Source: Thermodesulfobacteriota bacterium (GTDB lineage Bacteria; Desulfobacterota; Desulfarculia; JACQYL01). Taken from it: 64,000 nt of DNA. The number at the start of each line of letters is the position of its first letter. The stretch's first letter is position 1. The notes below the pieces were generated by a model. That model was not told the DNA's origin. It saw nothing but the letters and a program-made list of their open reading frames with translations, and searched no databases. The position numbers and the translations under genes were made by a program. Positions 38,124 through 46,919 of this stretch are shown piece after piece. Location: assembly GCA_963675595.2 (NCBI GenBank), contig CAXXLZ010000002.1, positions 2,752,001-2,816,000 on the forward strand. The letters are read 5' to 3'.

Positions 38124-38381
38124 TCAAACGGACCCCGCCATTTTCCGGTTCACCTTGGTACGGATTTCAAAAAGATTCTCCGAACCGTGTAATTCTCCCG
38201 CAAGGAAACGCTCACGCGTCCGCACCGGTTCCGGATTCAAATATCGGAGACCCCCGACGCAGACGGCACCACCACAATTGTTGCACACTCTGCGGCCCGG
38301 GTAAAGAGACTCGTCCGAATCAACATGGTCCCGACAGGCTCTCAACCGCCAGTCTTTTGATTCCACATCCATATTCACCAT
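38124..38381 (-). CDS. Small hypothetical Cys-containing protein
   Basis: 85-aa co-oriented ORF filling the gap between hdrA and the lipoyl carrier; CNNCGGAVC. Confidence 0.3.
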   Translation of the reverse strand: MVNMDVESKDWRLRACRDHVDSDESLYPGRRVCNNCGGAVCVGGLRYLNPEPVRTRERFLAGELHGSENLFEIRTKVNRKMAGSV

Positions 38382-38411
38382 CCGCTTTCCAGAAATTTCG
38401 GCCTTGCCCGC

Positions 38412-41261
38412 TTATGGGGACGGGGTTACGTCAAGCAACGCGGCGATCCTTGCAGACATCGCCGAGTCGGGCGGATCGCTCAGCGTGATGGCTCCCGCGG
38501 GACATTCGGCAACGCAGACACCGCAAGCACGACACAAGAAAGGGTCGATTCGGCTCACGTTCCCATCTCTGACGGCGGGTGCGCCGTAGGGACAGACTCG
38601 GACACAGGCCAGGCACGCTTGACAACGCCCCGCATCCACTACCGCGGAAACTCTCTCACGGCCCAGATCCTTGAGGAACAGAGCCGCACGCAAGGCCGCG
38701 GACTTGGCCTGCCGCACCGTTTCCTCCAAAGACTTGGGCGATTGGACCAGTCCGGCCGCAAAAACCCCGAAAACCGCCGTTTCTTCACTCAATAAGGGCA
38801 TACGGGCGTCGGAGATGAAACCTGAATCGTCCCGGGCGACCCCGAGTTCCTTCAGCCATTCCCCGGAGTCTCCCGGAACCATGGCCGATGCCAGCACCAG
38901 TCGGTCGGCGGGTGTCTCGATGTCCGCGTTAAGCAACTCATCGAAAAAGACAACGTAGACGCGTCCACCCCGGATTTCAACTCGAGGCTTCCGCTCGGGC
39001 GAAAACCGCGAGAACAGGATACCCGCCTCCCTCGCCTCCCGATAAAGCTCCTCCCGAAAACCATAGGTCCGAATGTCGCGGTGCAAAATAAATATCGAGG
39101 CCTGGGGGCGAAGCTTTTTCAAAAAAAGAGCGCTTTGAATGGAATGAGTGCAACAAACCCGGCTGCAGTAAGGCCTGTCCGAATCCCGAGACCCCACGCA
39201 TTGGATGAAGACCGCACGGGACACATCGTTCAGGGCCTCCGCCCCCAATCGCAGCTGTTCGTCCATCTCTCCGTGAGTCAGCACGCCAGGATGGCTTCCA
39301 TACCCGTATAACGAAGGGCGGATTTCCTCCGCCCCGGTGGCTACGACCACCGCCCCGTGCTCCAAAACACTGCGGGCTCCTTCGGGACCCTCGAGCTCCG
39401 TGATGAACGCGCCTCCTCGACCTCGCGTGCGCAGAGGCCGCGTCCGGTTCATCATGGTGAGCAAGGGTTCGGTCCGGGCCTCGGCCAACAGTCCCTCCAT
39501 AAAAGGAGGTACGGGCGTACCATTCCACAGGGCGGCCATGCGACGTGCGTTCCCGCCGAAAGTCTCGGTACGCTCGACCAACACCACCGGCACCCGCATT
39601 CGGCACAGTTCCAGAGAAACGCACAATCCCGCCGCACCGCCTCCCACCACCAGCACTTCCTTACGGAAAGGAATCGACTTGATTTCCGGCGGAGCGCCGG
39701 CCGTCACTGAGGCCAGGGCCTCATTCACGAGGGATCGGGCCTTTCCCAATGCCGCATGAGGAGCGTCCCGGTGAACCCAAGCGCATTGCTCCCTCAGGTT
39801 GGCCATGGCCATAAAGCGAGGAGGGAAGCCTGCGGCTTCCAATCGGTTCTTGAACAGAGGCCCCAAGATCCTTTCGGAGCAGGAGGCGATCACCAGCCGG
39901 TTCAGATCGTGCGTCCGGACCGCGGACATCATGGAAGCCAATGCCGCATCGCTGCACGCATAAGAAGTCCGTTCCGTGTGCGCCACCAAAGGAAGGGAAG
40001 CGCATCGGGTTTCCAGGCTTGAAAGGTCGATCACGTTGCCCACGTTCCCGCCGCACCCGCACAAAAAAACGCCGACGCGGGGAGGTCCGTCGTTCACCGT
40101 GGTATTCGGAAGTCGTTTGGGAGCCGTCGCGTCCTCGAGGAGAGTCCGGGCGCAGCAGGCCGCGGCGGCCGAAGCCTGGGATAGAGACTCCGCCACGTCT
40201 TTTGGACTCTCAAAAGCCCCCGCAACATAAATTCCCGGGCGGGAAGTCCACACCGAGTCCAAAGGATCGGTCGAAGCGAATCCGTAAGGGTTCAGGTCGA
40301 CGCCCAACACTTCCGCCGTTCGGCGTGCCTCCACCGACGGCTGCAATCCGACGCTCAACACTGCCAGGTCCACCTCTCGTTCTTGTCTCGCTCCGTCTTC
40401 CGATTCAAAGCAGAATCGCAGGCTTCCCGTTTCCGGAGCTTCTTCGATGGCGGGAATTCGCCCGTAAGCGAATTCGACGCCGTGGTCTCGCCGAGCCTTT
40501 TCGAAGTAGGGATCCAAGTCTTTTTCATGCGCGCGAACATCCATGAAATAGATGCGGACCTCGGCGTCCGGAAGCAGTTCCTTAACGGCCACGGCCTCCT
40601 TTACGGCATAGGCGCAGCACACGGAGGAGCAGTAGGGATTACCGCATCGGGTGTCCCTGGAGCCCACGCACTGAAGGAACGCGATCCGCTGAGGAGTCGC
40701 CCCGTCGGACGGACGAAGCAGTCCCCTGCCGGAAGATTCGCCGGGACGAATCCATTCCTCCAAGTCCACCGAAGTCACCACATTGGGCATTCGGCCGTAT
40801 CCGTATTCCGGTTTCAGGGCGGCATCGAAGGGAACACAACCCGGCGCCAGAATCACGGCCTGAACATCCAACGTTTCTTTGGACCGGAGGCCTTCTTCCG
40901 GGCCGTGGATTACGGAAACGGAGAAGCTGCCGGATGTGCCCGAAAAGGCGTCGATCTCCGCATTCGTCCATATTCGGATACCCGGGCGGGTCGCAGCTTC
41001 GTTCACACGACTCGACAATACGCAGTCCGCACAGTCGTTGGTGGGAAACAGTTTGTCCAGCCGGGCGAGGAGGCCCCCGGGAGAGGAAGCGGAATCCAAG
41101 ACAACGCATCCGAGTCCCAGGTCGTCCAGGTCCAAAGCCGCCTGCAATCCCGCGATTCCTCCACCTACGACCAGGACTGTGGAAAGATTGTTCGGTGCTG
41201 GTTGAATATCACTGGCTTTCATGGCATTGGCGTCGGTTTCTTTCAGGTTGTGCTTTCCCAA
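38412..41261 (-). CDS. hdrA: Heterodisulfide reductase subunit A-like flavoprotein with two FAD modules
   Basis: Two GGGxAG motifs, FPTNDC, two CVGSRD...YCSxVCC motifs, internal CGCGGN, C-terminal 2x CxxCxxCxxxCP. Confidence 0.92.
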   Translation of the reverse strand: MGKHNLKETDANAMKASDIQPAPNNLSTVLVVGGGIAGLQAALDLDDLGLGCVVLDSASSPGGLLARLDKLFPTNDCADCVLSSRVNEAATRPGIRIWTNAEIDAFSGTSGSFSVSVIHGPEEGLRSKETLDVQAVILAPGCVPFDAALKPEYGYGRMPNVVTSVDLEEWIRPGESSGRGLLRPSDGATPQRIAFLQCVGSRDTRCGNPYCSSVCCAYAVKEAVAVKELLPDAEVRIYFMDVRAHEKDLDPYFEKARRDHGVEFAYGRIPAIEEAPETGSLRFCFESEDGARQEREVDLAVLSVGLQPSVEARRTAEVLGVDLNPYGFASTDPLDSVWTSRPGIYVAGAFESPKDVAESLSQASAAAACCARTLLEDATAPKRLPNTTVNDGPPRVGVFLCGCGGNVGNVIDLSSLETRCASLPLVAHTERTSYACSDAALASMMSAVRTHDLNRLVIASCSERILGPLFKNRLEAAGFPPRFMAMANLREQCAWVHRDAPHAALGKARSLVNEALASVTAGAPPEIKSIPFRKEVLVVGGGAAGLCVSLELCRMRVPVVLVERTETFGGNARRMAALWNGTPVPPFMEGLLAEARTEPLLTMMNRTRPLRTRGRGGAFITELEGPEGARSVLEHGAVVVATGAEEIRPSLYGYGSHPGVLTHGEMDEQLRLGAEALNDVSRAVFIQCVGSRDSDRPYCSRVCCTHSIQSALFLKKLRPQASIFILHRDIRTYGFREELYREAREAGILFSRFSPERKPRVEIRGGRVYVVFFDELLNADIETPADRLVLASAMVPGDSGEWLKELGVARDDSGFISDARMPLLSEETAVFGVFAAGLVQSPKSLEETVRQAKSAALRAALFLKDLGRERVSAVVDAGRCQACLACVRVCPYGAPAVRDGNVSRIDPFLCRACGVCVAECPAGAITLSDPPDSAMSARIAALLDVTPSP

Positions 41262-41268
41262 TGTGAGA

Positions 41269-42153
41269 TCACTCGATACCGAGTCTCTTCAGGAGCTTTT
41301 TCGGCTTGACGATGTTCTGCTTAAATCCGAGTTCCTTGGAAGAAAACCCCATACCCAAGCCCAAGATTTGGGTAATGAAAAGGACGGGCAGCTCGAAAGG
41401 CTCTCCGGACGCCGTGTCGATGCTCTTCTGGTTCGATTCGTACATAACCGAACAGAAAGGACAGGCCACAGTCAGGACCTCGGCTGTGGAATCCCGCAAG
41501 GCGTTGAGTTTGGACCGGGCCGCGGCCACGGCGGTTTCCGGGTCGTAAGCCATCACCGGCCCCCCGCAACATTTTGTTTTCCCAGGGTAATCCGTAGTGC
41601 GAGCCCCTGTGAGCCGTGCGAGTCGATCCAGAGAAGAGGGCGCTTCCACACTGTCGAAGCCATGAAGCTCCGAGGGCTTGATGAAATGACAGCCGTGGTG
41701 CGCGGCCACCGTAACGGCGGAGAGGTCTATCTTCATTGCATCGCCCACGGCCTTCAGTCCCACCTCGTCGTGGAGAAAGGGCACAATATGCGAAACCTTC
41801 ACGCCGCCTTCATACCGCAAGCCCACGCGTTCCAACTTCCGGTCGACTTCGCGCCTCAATTCCGGGCGGTGATCCAGCTCCACCGCGGCCTCCTTTAAAG
41901 AGGAGGTGCAGGAACTGCACAAGGTAAGGATATCCAGACCTTCCCGACGGGCCAGGGTCAAATTCGCGGCCGCCAGCGTGATCGCGGCCGTTTCGTCCAT
42001 GGCTTTCAAGGGAAAGCCGCAGCAGGCGAAGGTGAACACGTCGACCAAGTCGACGCCCAGGGCGAGACAAACGCGCCGTGCCGAGGCCTCGTAGTGCCTC
42101 GTGCGGGCCGGAATGGTGCATCCCAAGAAAAGTGCTTTGCGCATGTTATCCAT
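41269..42153 (-). CDS. hdrB: Heterodisulfide reductase subunit B
   Basis: Two CCG domains: GC...CCG...CSSC and HHGCH...CCGG...CPFC. Confidence 0.93.
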   Translation of the reverse strand: MDNMRKALFLGCTIPARTRHYEASARRVCLALGVDLVDVFTFACCGFPLKAMDETAAITLAAANLTLARREGLDILTLCSSCTSSLKEAAVELDHRPELRREVDRKLERVGLRYEGGVKVSHIVPFLHDEVGLKAVGDAMKIDLSAVTVAAHHGCHFIKPSELHGFDSVEAPSSLDRLARLTGARTTDYPGKTKCCGGPVMAYDPETAVAAARSKLNALRDSTAEVLTVACPFCSVMYESNQKSIDTASGEPFELPVLFITQILGLGMGFSSKELGFKQNIVKPKKLLKRLGIE

Positions 42154-42323
42154 AAATTGAGTTACTCCGGCGATTCAGTGCCCAACCCTCTCCAAGCGTC
42201 TCCCCAGCGGACGGCCGGGGGACGAGCACTTGCCCGCATCTCTCGGCGGTTTTGGGCTCGGGACGAAAGCCGTTGTGTCCCCGTGCGGCGAACACGGATG
42301 GAGAGACGCATTTCCGGAAACAA

Positions 42324-42827
42324 TCACGGTTTCACCGGCGCAAGGTCGTCCGCCAACAATGCGCCCGCATCTTCCAACACGGTGGGCAACTCCGGCAGAT
42401 CGAGTTTGACCCGTTTCTTATTGTCGAAGTCACTGATCTCGTAGATTCTGCCCATCCGGGAAAGGCTCTCCAACTGGATATTGGTTCCCGCCGGCGCATA
42501 ACCGGAGCGATACGCCATGTTCTTGAGAACGGTCATGAGCTCCGCGATATGCACGCCTTGAGGGCACCGTTCCCGACAGGCGTAACAGGAAGCGCAAAGC
42601 CACACGAAACCACCGGACAACACCTCCTTTTTCATGCCGAAAAGGCACATGCGGATAAGGCGGCGAGGGTTGAAGCGCTCATCGACTTCGCGGATGGGAC
42701 AGCTCATGGTGCAGGTTCCACAAGCGAAACAGGCGGCGAGGCTCTCCCCGCCGGGCCGGCTCCGAATTTCCATTGCGAACGAAGGGTCCAATTCTTCTAC
42801 GGCAATACGATTCAAAGCGAACTCCAA
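42324..42827 (-). CDS. hdrC: Heterodisulfide reductase subunit C
   Basis: CFACGTCTMSCP and WLCASCYACRERCP. Confidence 0.92.
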   Translation of the reverse strand: MEFALNRIAVEELDPSFAMEIRSRPGGESLAACFACGTCTMSCPIREVDERFNPRRLIRMCLFGMKKEVLSGGFVWLCASCYACRERCPQGVHIAELMTVLKNMAYRSGYAPAGTNIQLESLSRMGRIYEISDFDNKKRVKLDLPELPTVLEDAGALLADDLAPVKP

Positions 42828-42858
42828 GATATTGAGAACAGCCGAAGCGGCTAGACGC

Positions 42859-42899
42859 GACGGCGGTTATCCATAACCGTCGTCCTCACAGGCTGTCAA
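42859..42899 (-). promoter_or_regulatory. Putative hdr promoter with overlapping inverted repeat
   Basis: TTGACA at 42899-42894 (minus); IR gacggcggttat-cc-ataaccgtcgtc at 42859-42884. Confidence 0.45.
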
Positions 42900-42943
42900 G
42901 CCGGCGGGAGACATTTCTTACCCGTCGGCGGACACTGCGAAGG

Positions 42944-43483
42944 TCAGGAAGTCGGTGCGAGGTCTTCGAGGGCTCGTGCGTAAGCGTTGAATGCTTCGTC
43001 GCCGAAAAGCACGAAACGCACTTTTTCAATCTCCGGATGATCCTTCAGGTACGCCCGAACAGCGGACAGAGCAACGGAAGCGGCCCGGTCCAAAGGATAA
43101 CCGTACGCACCCGTACTGATCGAGGGGAAGGCCACGCTCTTTAAACCGTTTTCCGACGCCAATTCCAGGCTCTTGCGGTAGGCGCCCGCAAGCGCCTGCG
43201 GCTCACCGGACCCTCCTCCGGACCAAATGGGACCCACCGCATGGATTACCCGTCGCGCCTTCAAGTTTCCCGCGGTGGTGATCACGGCACTCCCCGTGGG
43301 ACATCCGCCGAGCCGACGACATTCCTCCATGATCTTGGGGCCGCCCGCCCTGTGTATGGCTCCGTCCACTCCACCCCCTCCCGCAAGCCGGGCATTGGCC
43401 GCATTGACGATCGCGTCGGTGCCTTCGTGAGTGATGTCGCCTTTCACCAGCTCGATCCACGACCCGTTAACACGTACTTCCAT
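42944..43483 (-). CDS. Macro-domain O-acetyl-ADP-ribose deacetylase (YmdB-like)
   Basis: GDIT, AIVNAAN, GGGGVDGAIH, HAVGP, SISTGAYGYP. Confidence 0.93.
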   Translation of the reverse strand: MEVRVNGSWIELVKGDITHEGTDAIVNAANARLAGGGGVDGAIHRAGGPKIMEECRRLGGCPTGSAVITTAGNLKARRVIHAVGPIWSGGGSGEPQALAGAYRKSLELASENGLKSVAFPSISTGAYGYPLDRAASVALSAVRAYLKDHPEIEKVRFVLFGDEAFNAYARALEDLAPTS

Positions 43484-43508
43484 GAAGAACCCTCCATACA
43501 CCATACGT

Positions 43509-44126
43509 TCAGGCGTTCCGCCGGGCCTGATTCCAACGTGATTCGGTGCCGTTCATCAACCGGGTGATGTTGCCGTGATGCTTCGCCACCACCAACCCTC
43601 CCATAGCCAGGCCGAGCCAGAAAAGCGGTCCGGATCCCTGCAACCAGAAGCAGGCGGCCGGCATGACGAGAGCCGCCGCGATGGAACCGACGGAAACGTA
43701 CTTCGTAATCAAGACACCCAGGAGAAAGGCGGCCACACAAACCACAAGCACCTGAGGCGCGGCCGCCACAAGCACTCCCAAGCCCGTGGCCACGCCCTTT
43801 CCGCCTCGGAATCCAAGATACAGCGGAAACAGATGTCCGGCAAAGGCCGCCAAGCCGCAGGCCGCCGCGGTCCAGGAAAGGTCCGCGTTCCCGCTCCCCT
43901 CGGCGGCCAGAGCCGCCCAAACGGGCAGTGCCCCTTTGAGAGCGTCCGCCAACAGGGTCAGGACTCCGGCCTTCTTTCCCACCACCCTGGCGACGTTGGT
44001 GGCGCCGATGTTCCCACTTCCTTGTGACCGAATGTCCACCCGGGCATATTTCCTGGCCAGAATCAGGCCTGTGGGAACGGAGCCCAGGAGATACGCAAAC
44101 ACAACCAGAGCCGCTTTGATTTCCAT
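43509..44126 (-). CDS. plsY: Glycerol-3-phosphate acyltransferase
   Basis: YLLGSVP, GSGNIGATN, GHLFP, FRGGKGVAT, HHGNITRL. Confidence 0.95.
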   Translation of the reverse strand: MEIKAALVVFAYLLGSVPTGLILARKYARVDIRSQGSGNIGATNVARVVGKKAGVLTLLADALKGALPVWAALAAEGSGNADLSWTAAACGLAAFAGHLFPLYLGFRGGKGVATGLGVLVAAAPQVLVVCVAAFLLGVLITKYVSVGSIAAALVMPAACFWLQGSGPLFWLGLAMGGLVVAKHHGNITRLMNGTESRWNQARRNA

Positions 44127-44449
44127 GTCCTATTTCCTCACTGAGGCCGGCCCCTCGACGGATTATTTTACGTACGATCGACGAGTTCACATCGGACGTG
44201 AAAACGGAACCACAACCTCCAAATATTTTAAATTAGTGTAACACACCCGGACCCTGGGAAAAAAGGGATGCCGCGGCGTGCTCCTTCCGGGGGCCTGACT
44301 TGAAGATCTCTCAAGCCACCATTTTTTGCTTGCCTTATTGATTGTCTTAAACTATGAAGAGGCCACCCGTGTCGATTGGTCGTTGGGCCTTCGGACCGTT
44401 TTCGTACAGCCCGGAGGCAGCTCGAAGAGCGGAAAAGCAAGGGGGAATT

Positions 44450-44596
44450 ATGGGGAATGGAACCCTTTCGAGGCGCAACGCGCACCACTCGGGACTGGAA
44501 GGCGGAGCCGAATTTATGGCCCGCATGTACAAAGTCCTGACCGTCGGTTTCGCATTGATAGCCTTGACCGGCATTGCCAATGCCATTCTGGGGTGA
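44450..44596 (+). CDS. Small membrane protein (48 aa)
   Basis: SD ggggg + ATG; MGNGTLSRR...MYKVLTVGFALIALTGIANAILG; upstream TTGCTT-16-TAAACT (44326-44353); downstream hairpin. Confidence 0.55.
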   Translation: MGNGTLSRRNAHHSGLEGGAEFMARMYKVLTVGFALIALTGIANAILG

Positions 44597-44629
44597 AACC
44601 GGGAGAAATTAGACTTTTTTTCTCAGGTA

Positions 44630-44653
44630 AAGGGGGACCTTCGGGTCCCCCTT
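44630..44653. terminator. UUCG-capped hairpin, probable terminator
   Basis: aagggggacc-ttcg-ggtccccctt. Confidence 0.65.
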
Positions 44654-44767
44654 CCCATTTGCGGCCTTCGTCATGAACGCGCCCCTTGATCCCTCCCTTT
44701 CGGATTGTTAATTTCTAAGAAAGTGAAGGAATAGTCCGAAACGCGCAAAACGCGAGAGGAGATCATC

Positions 44768-44917
44768 ATGGACGAAGAGAAATTCAAATGTGAAGCCTGC
44801 GGTAAGGAATTCGACCGTGAAGGCGCGGTGCATGAATGTCGGGTATGCCACCGAACGCACTGCGATGAATGCATCAACCACGAAGGACTTTGCGAGCCCT
44901 GTGCCGAGAAAAAATAG
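44768..44917 (+). CDS. Small Cys-rich zinc-finger-like protein (49 aa)
   Basis: SD gaggag + ATG; MDEEKFKCEACGKEFDREGAVHECRVCHRTHCDECINHEGLCEPCAEKK with four CxxC pairs. Confidence 0.75.
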   Translation: MDEEKFKCEACGKEFDREGAVHECRVCHRTHCDECINHEGLCEPCAEKK

Positions 44918-45103
44918 GCTGAGGGCCGTTTTGGCTCCGGCAGGGGGTGGAGAAGGCCGAGGGAAGCGTCTTCCGCCCTTGCCGGGCAATGTCTATTGTG
45001 AGAGAGTGGAAACCCTTCCTCGTTCTTTTCGATTGCGAACGCCTTCCATCTTTGGGAGGTAATTCGATCACCAAAACACAAGCCATCGCCGCCGGAGTTC
45101 ATT

Positions 45104-45844
45104 ATGGATTTACAGGACGTCTTTCTCAAGCTGGACCGCACGGCGCTCGAACGTTACGCGCTCAGCGCGTTGCATCGACTCGTGGTTCACTACGGTCTCT
45201 GGTTTCGTGAAACCATCCACCAGATGGGTGAAACCGAGGCTTTTCGAATGCAGGAACAGGTCTGGGACGCGCTGTGGGGAAACCACATTAAACGGCTGGG
45301 TAAGACCCTTGATTTCGAGGTCAAGGACGATTTGCCGACGTGGCTCGGCACCCTGGACGATGACCGGCTTCGCTCCCTGATTACCGCTCTCAGCGTCAAC
45401 TGGCTGGCCAACGACGGCATCTGGTTTCAGGCCGTCGAAAATAAATCGAGCATGGTGGAGGCGAAACTGGCCAATGATACCTGTTGGGGCCGTTTCTCTC
45501 CCATCGAGGCTCGTGAGATCGCCCGAATGCTCGAACTCCCGGCCGACGGCGGCCTGGAGGCCTTGAAGACCGCTCTGGCCCATCGGCTGTACGCCCGCTT
45601 AAATCGCATGACCGTGGAAGACGAGTCCGACAATTCGATCATCCTCTATGTGAACGATTGCCGGGTGCAAGACGCCAGAAAGAAGAAGGGACTGGCCGAC
45701 TACCCCTGCAAGTCCGGAGGCTCCATCGAATACACCTATTTCGCCCGGACCGTCGACGCCCGAATTCAAACGGAATGCATAGCCTGCCCGCCGGACGCGC
45801 ACCCCGGAGAATGGTACTGCGCTTGGCGTTTTCGGATCGAATAA
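45104..45844 (+). CDS. DUF6125-like protein
   Basis: HYGLWF, WLANDGIWFQAVE, CRVQDAR, YPCKSGG, CIACPPD, YCAWRF. Confidence 0.75.
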   Translation: MDLQDVFLKLDRTALERYALSALHRLVVHYGLWFRETIHQMGETEAFRMQEQVWDALWGNHIKRLGKTLDFEVKDDLPTWLGTLDDDRLRSLITALSVNWLANDGIWFQAVENKSSMVEAKLANDTCWGRFSPIEAREIARMLELPADGGLEALKTALAHRLYARLNRMTVEDESDNSIILYVNDCRVQDARKKKGLADYPCKSGGSIEYTYFARTVDARIQTECIACPPDAHPGEWYCAWRFRIE

Positions 45845-46031
45845 CGTCCATTGTAGGCAATCGTCTTTGGGGAACTTTCCGGAAATCGTCGCCTGCCCCC
45901 CCTCGAAAGTCCGGAACGAGGGGGAGTCTCTCGTGCTTTCGACGATCCGGAGGATGCGAAGGCCAAGTACCGTCTTCACCCTGTGATTCGGCGACGCCTC
46001 CGATGGAACGCTTCCCAACGATAGGATTCCA

Positions 46032-46919
46032 GTGGAACGCATTGATCTGCACACGCACAGCAAAGCGTCGGACGGAACCCTGAGCCCGACGGAACTCGTC
46101 GTCCGAGCTCGGGATCTGGGCCTGAAGGCCCTGGGACTCACCGACCACGATACGGTGGAAGGGCTTGATGAGGCGCTCGGCGCCGGAAAGTCACTGGGAT
46201 TTCAGGTGGTTCCGGGCGTTGAAATCAGCGTGCGAGTGCCCACTTCAGGTTCCATGCATTTGCTGGGTTATTTCATCGACCATCAGAACTCCGCTCTGCT
46301 TGATCGGCTGTTGAGGCTGCAGCAGTCTCGGAAAGACAGAAATCCCCAAATCATTGAGAAGCTCAACAGGCTGGGCTTGCAGATCACCCTCCGGGAGGTG
46401 GAGGATGTTTCCGGAGGAGGCCAGACCGGAAGGCCCCACATCGCATCCGTGCTGCAAGCCAAGGGCTACGTATCGGGGATCCAGGACGCCTTCGATCGCT
46501 ATTTGAAAAAAGGAGCTCCCGCCCATGTTCCCAAATATCGTTTCGAACCTGAAATCGCGTTCCGTATGATCCATGAAGCGGGGGGCGTCTCCAGTCTGGC
46601 CCACCCTTATACGTTGGCTGAGGACTTCGGCGAGCTGGAGCGTTGGATCAAGAAGTTCAAGGAATTGGGATTAGGGGGGATCGAGGTCTACTACTCGGAG
46701 CATTCTCCCGGACAGACTCGTTTCTACAAAGACCTGGCCCGGCGTTACGGTCTGGCCCAAACCGGAGGCAGCGACTTTCACGGGGCCAACAAGCCCGAAA
46801 TCGAGTTGGGCATCGGGAAAGGAGGACTTGAGATTCCTTACGAGCTGCTCCGCGATCTCGAGGCTTTAAAGATGAAAGGGCTCTCTCACGTCTCGGACTC
46901 GGAAAAGGAGCCGACTTGA
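46032..46919 (+). CDS. PHP-domain phosphoesterase (TrpH/YciV-like)
   Basis: DLHTHSKASDG, TDHD, GVEIS, LAHP, GGSDFHG. Confidence 0.92.
   Translation: MERIDLHTHSKASDGTLSPTELVVRARDLGLKALGLTDHDTVEGLDEALGAGKSLGFQVVPGVEISVRVPTSGSMHLLGYFIDHQNSALLDRLLRLQQSRKDRNPQIIEKLNRLGLQITLREVEDVSGGGQTGRPHIASVLQAKGYVSGIQDAFDRYLKKGAPAHVPKYRFEPEIAFRMIHEAGGVSSLAHPYTLAEDFGELERWIKKFKELGLGGIEVYYSEHSPGQTRFYKDLARRYGLAQTGGSDFHGANKPEIELGIGKGGLEIPYELLRDLEALKMKGLSHVSDSEKEPT

Noticed and set aside
42160-42326. Open frame continuing past the hdrC TGA (possible selenocysteine readthrough)
   Set aside because: HdrC is already complete, the TGA is not at a Cys-equivalent position, and the extension looks non-coding
44837-44851. 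CxxCH heme-binding motif in the 49-aa protein
   Set aside because: No export signal, and it is one of four CxxC pairs, so a zinc finger is more plausible
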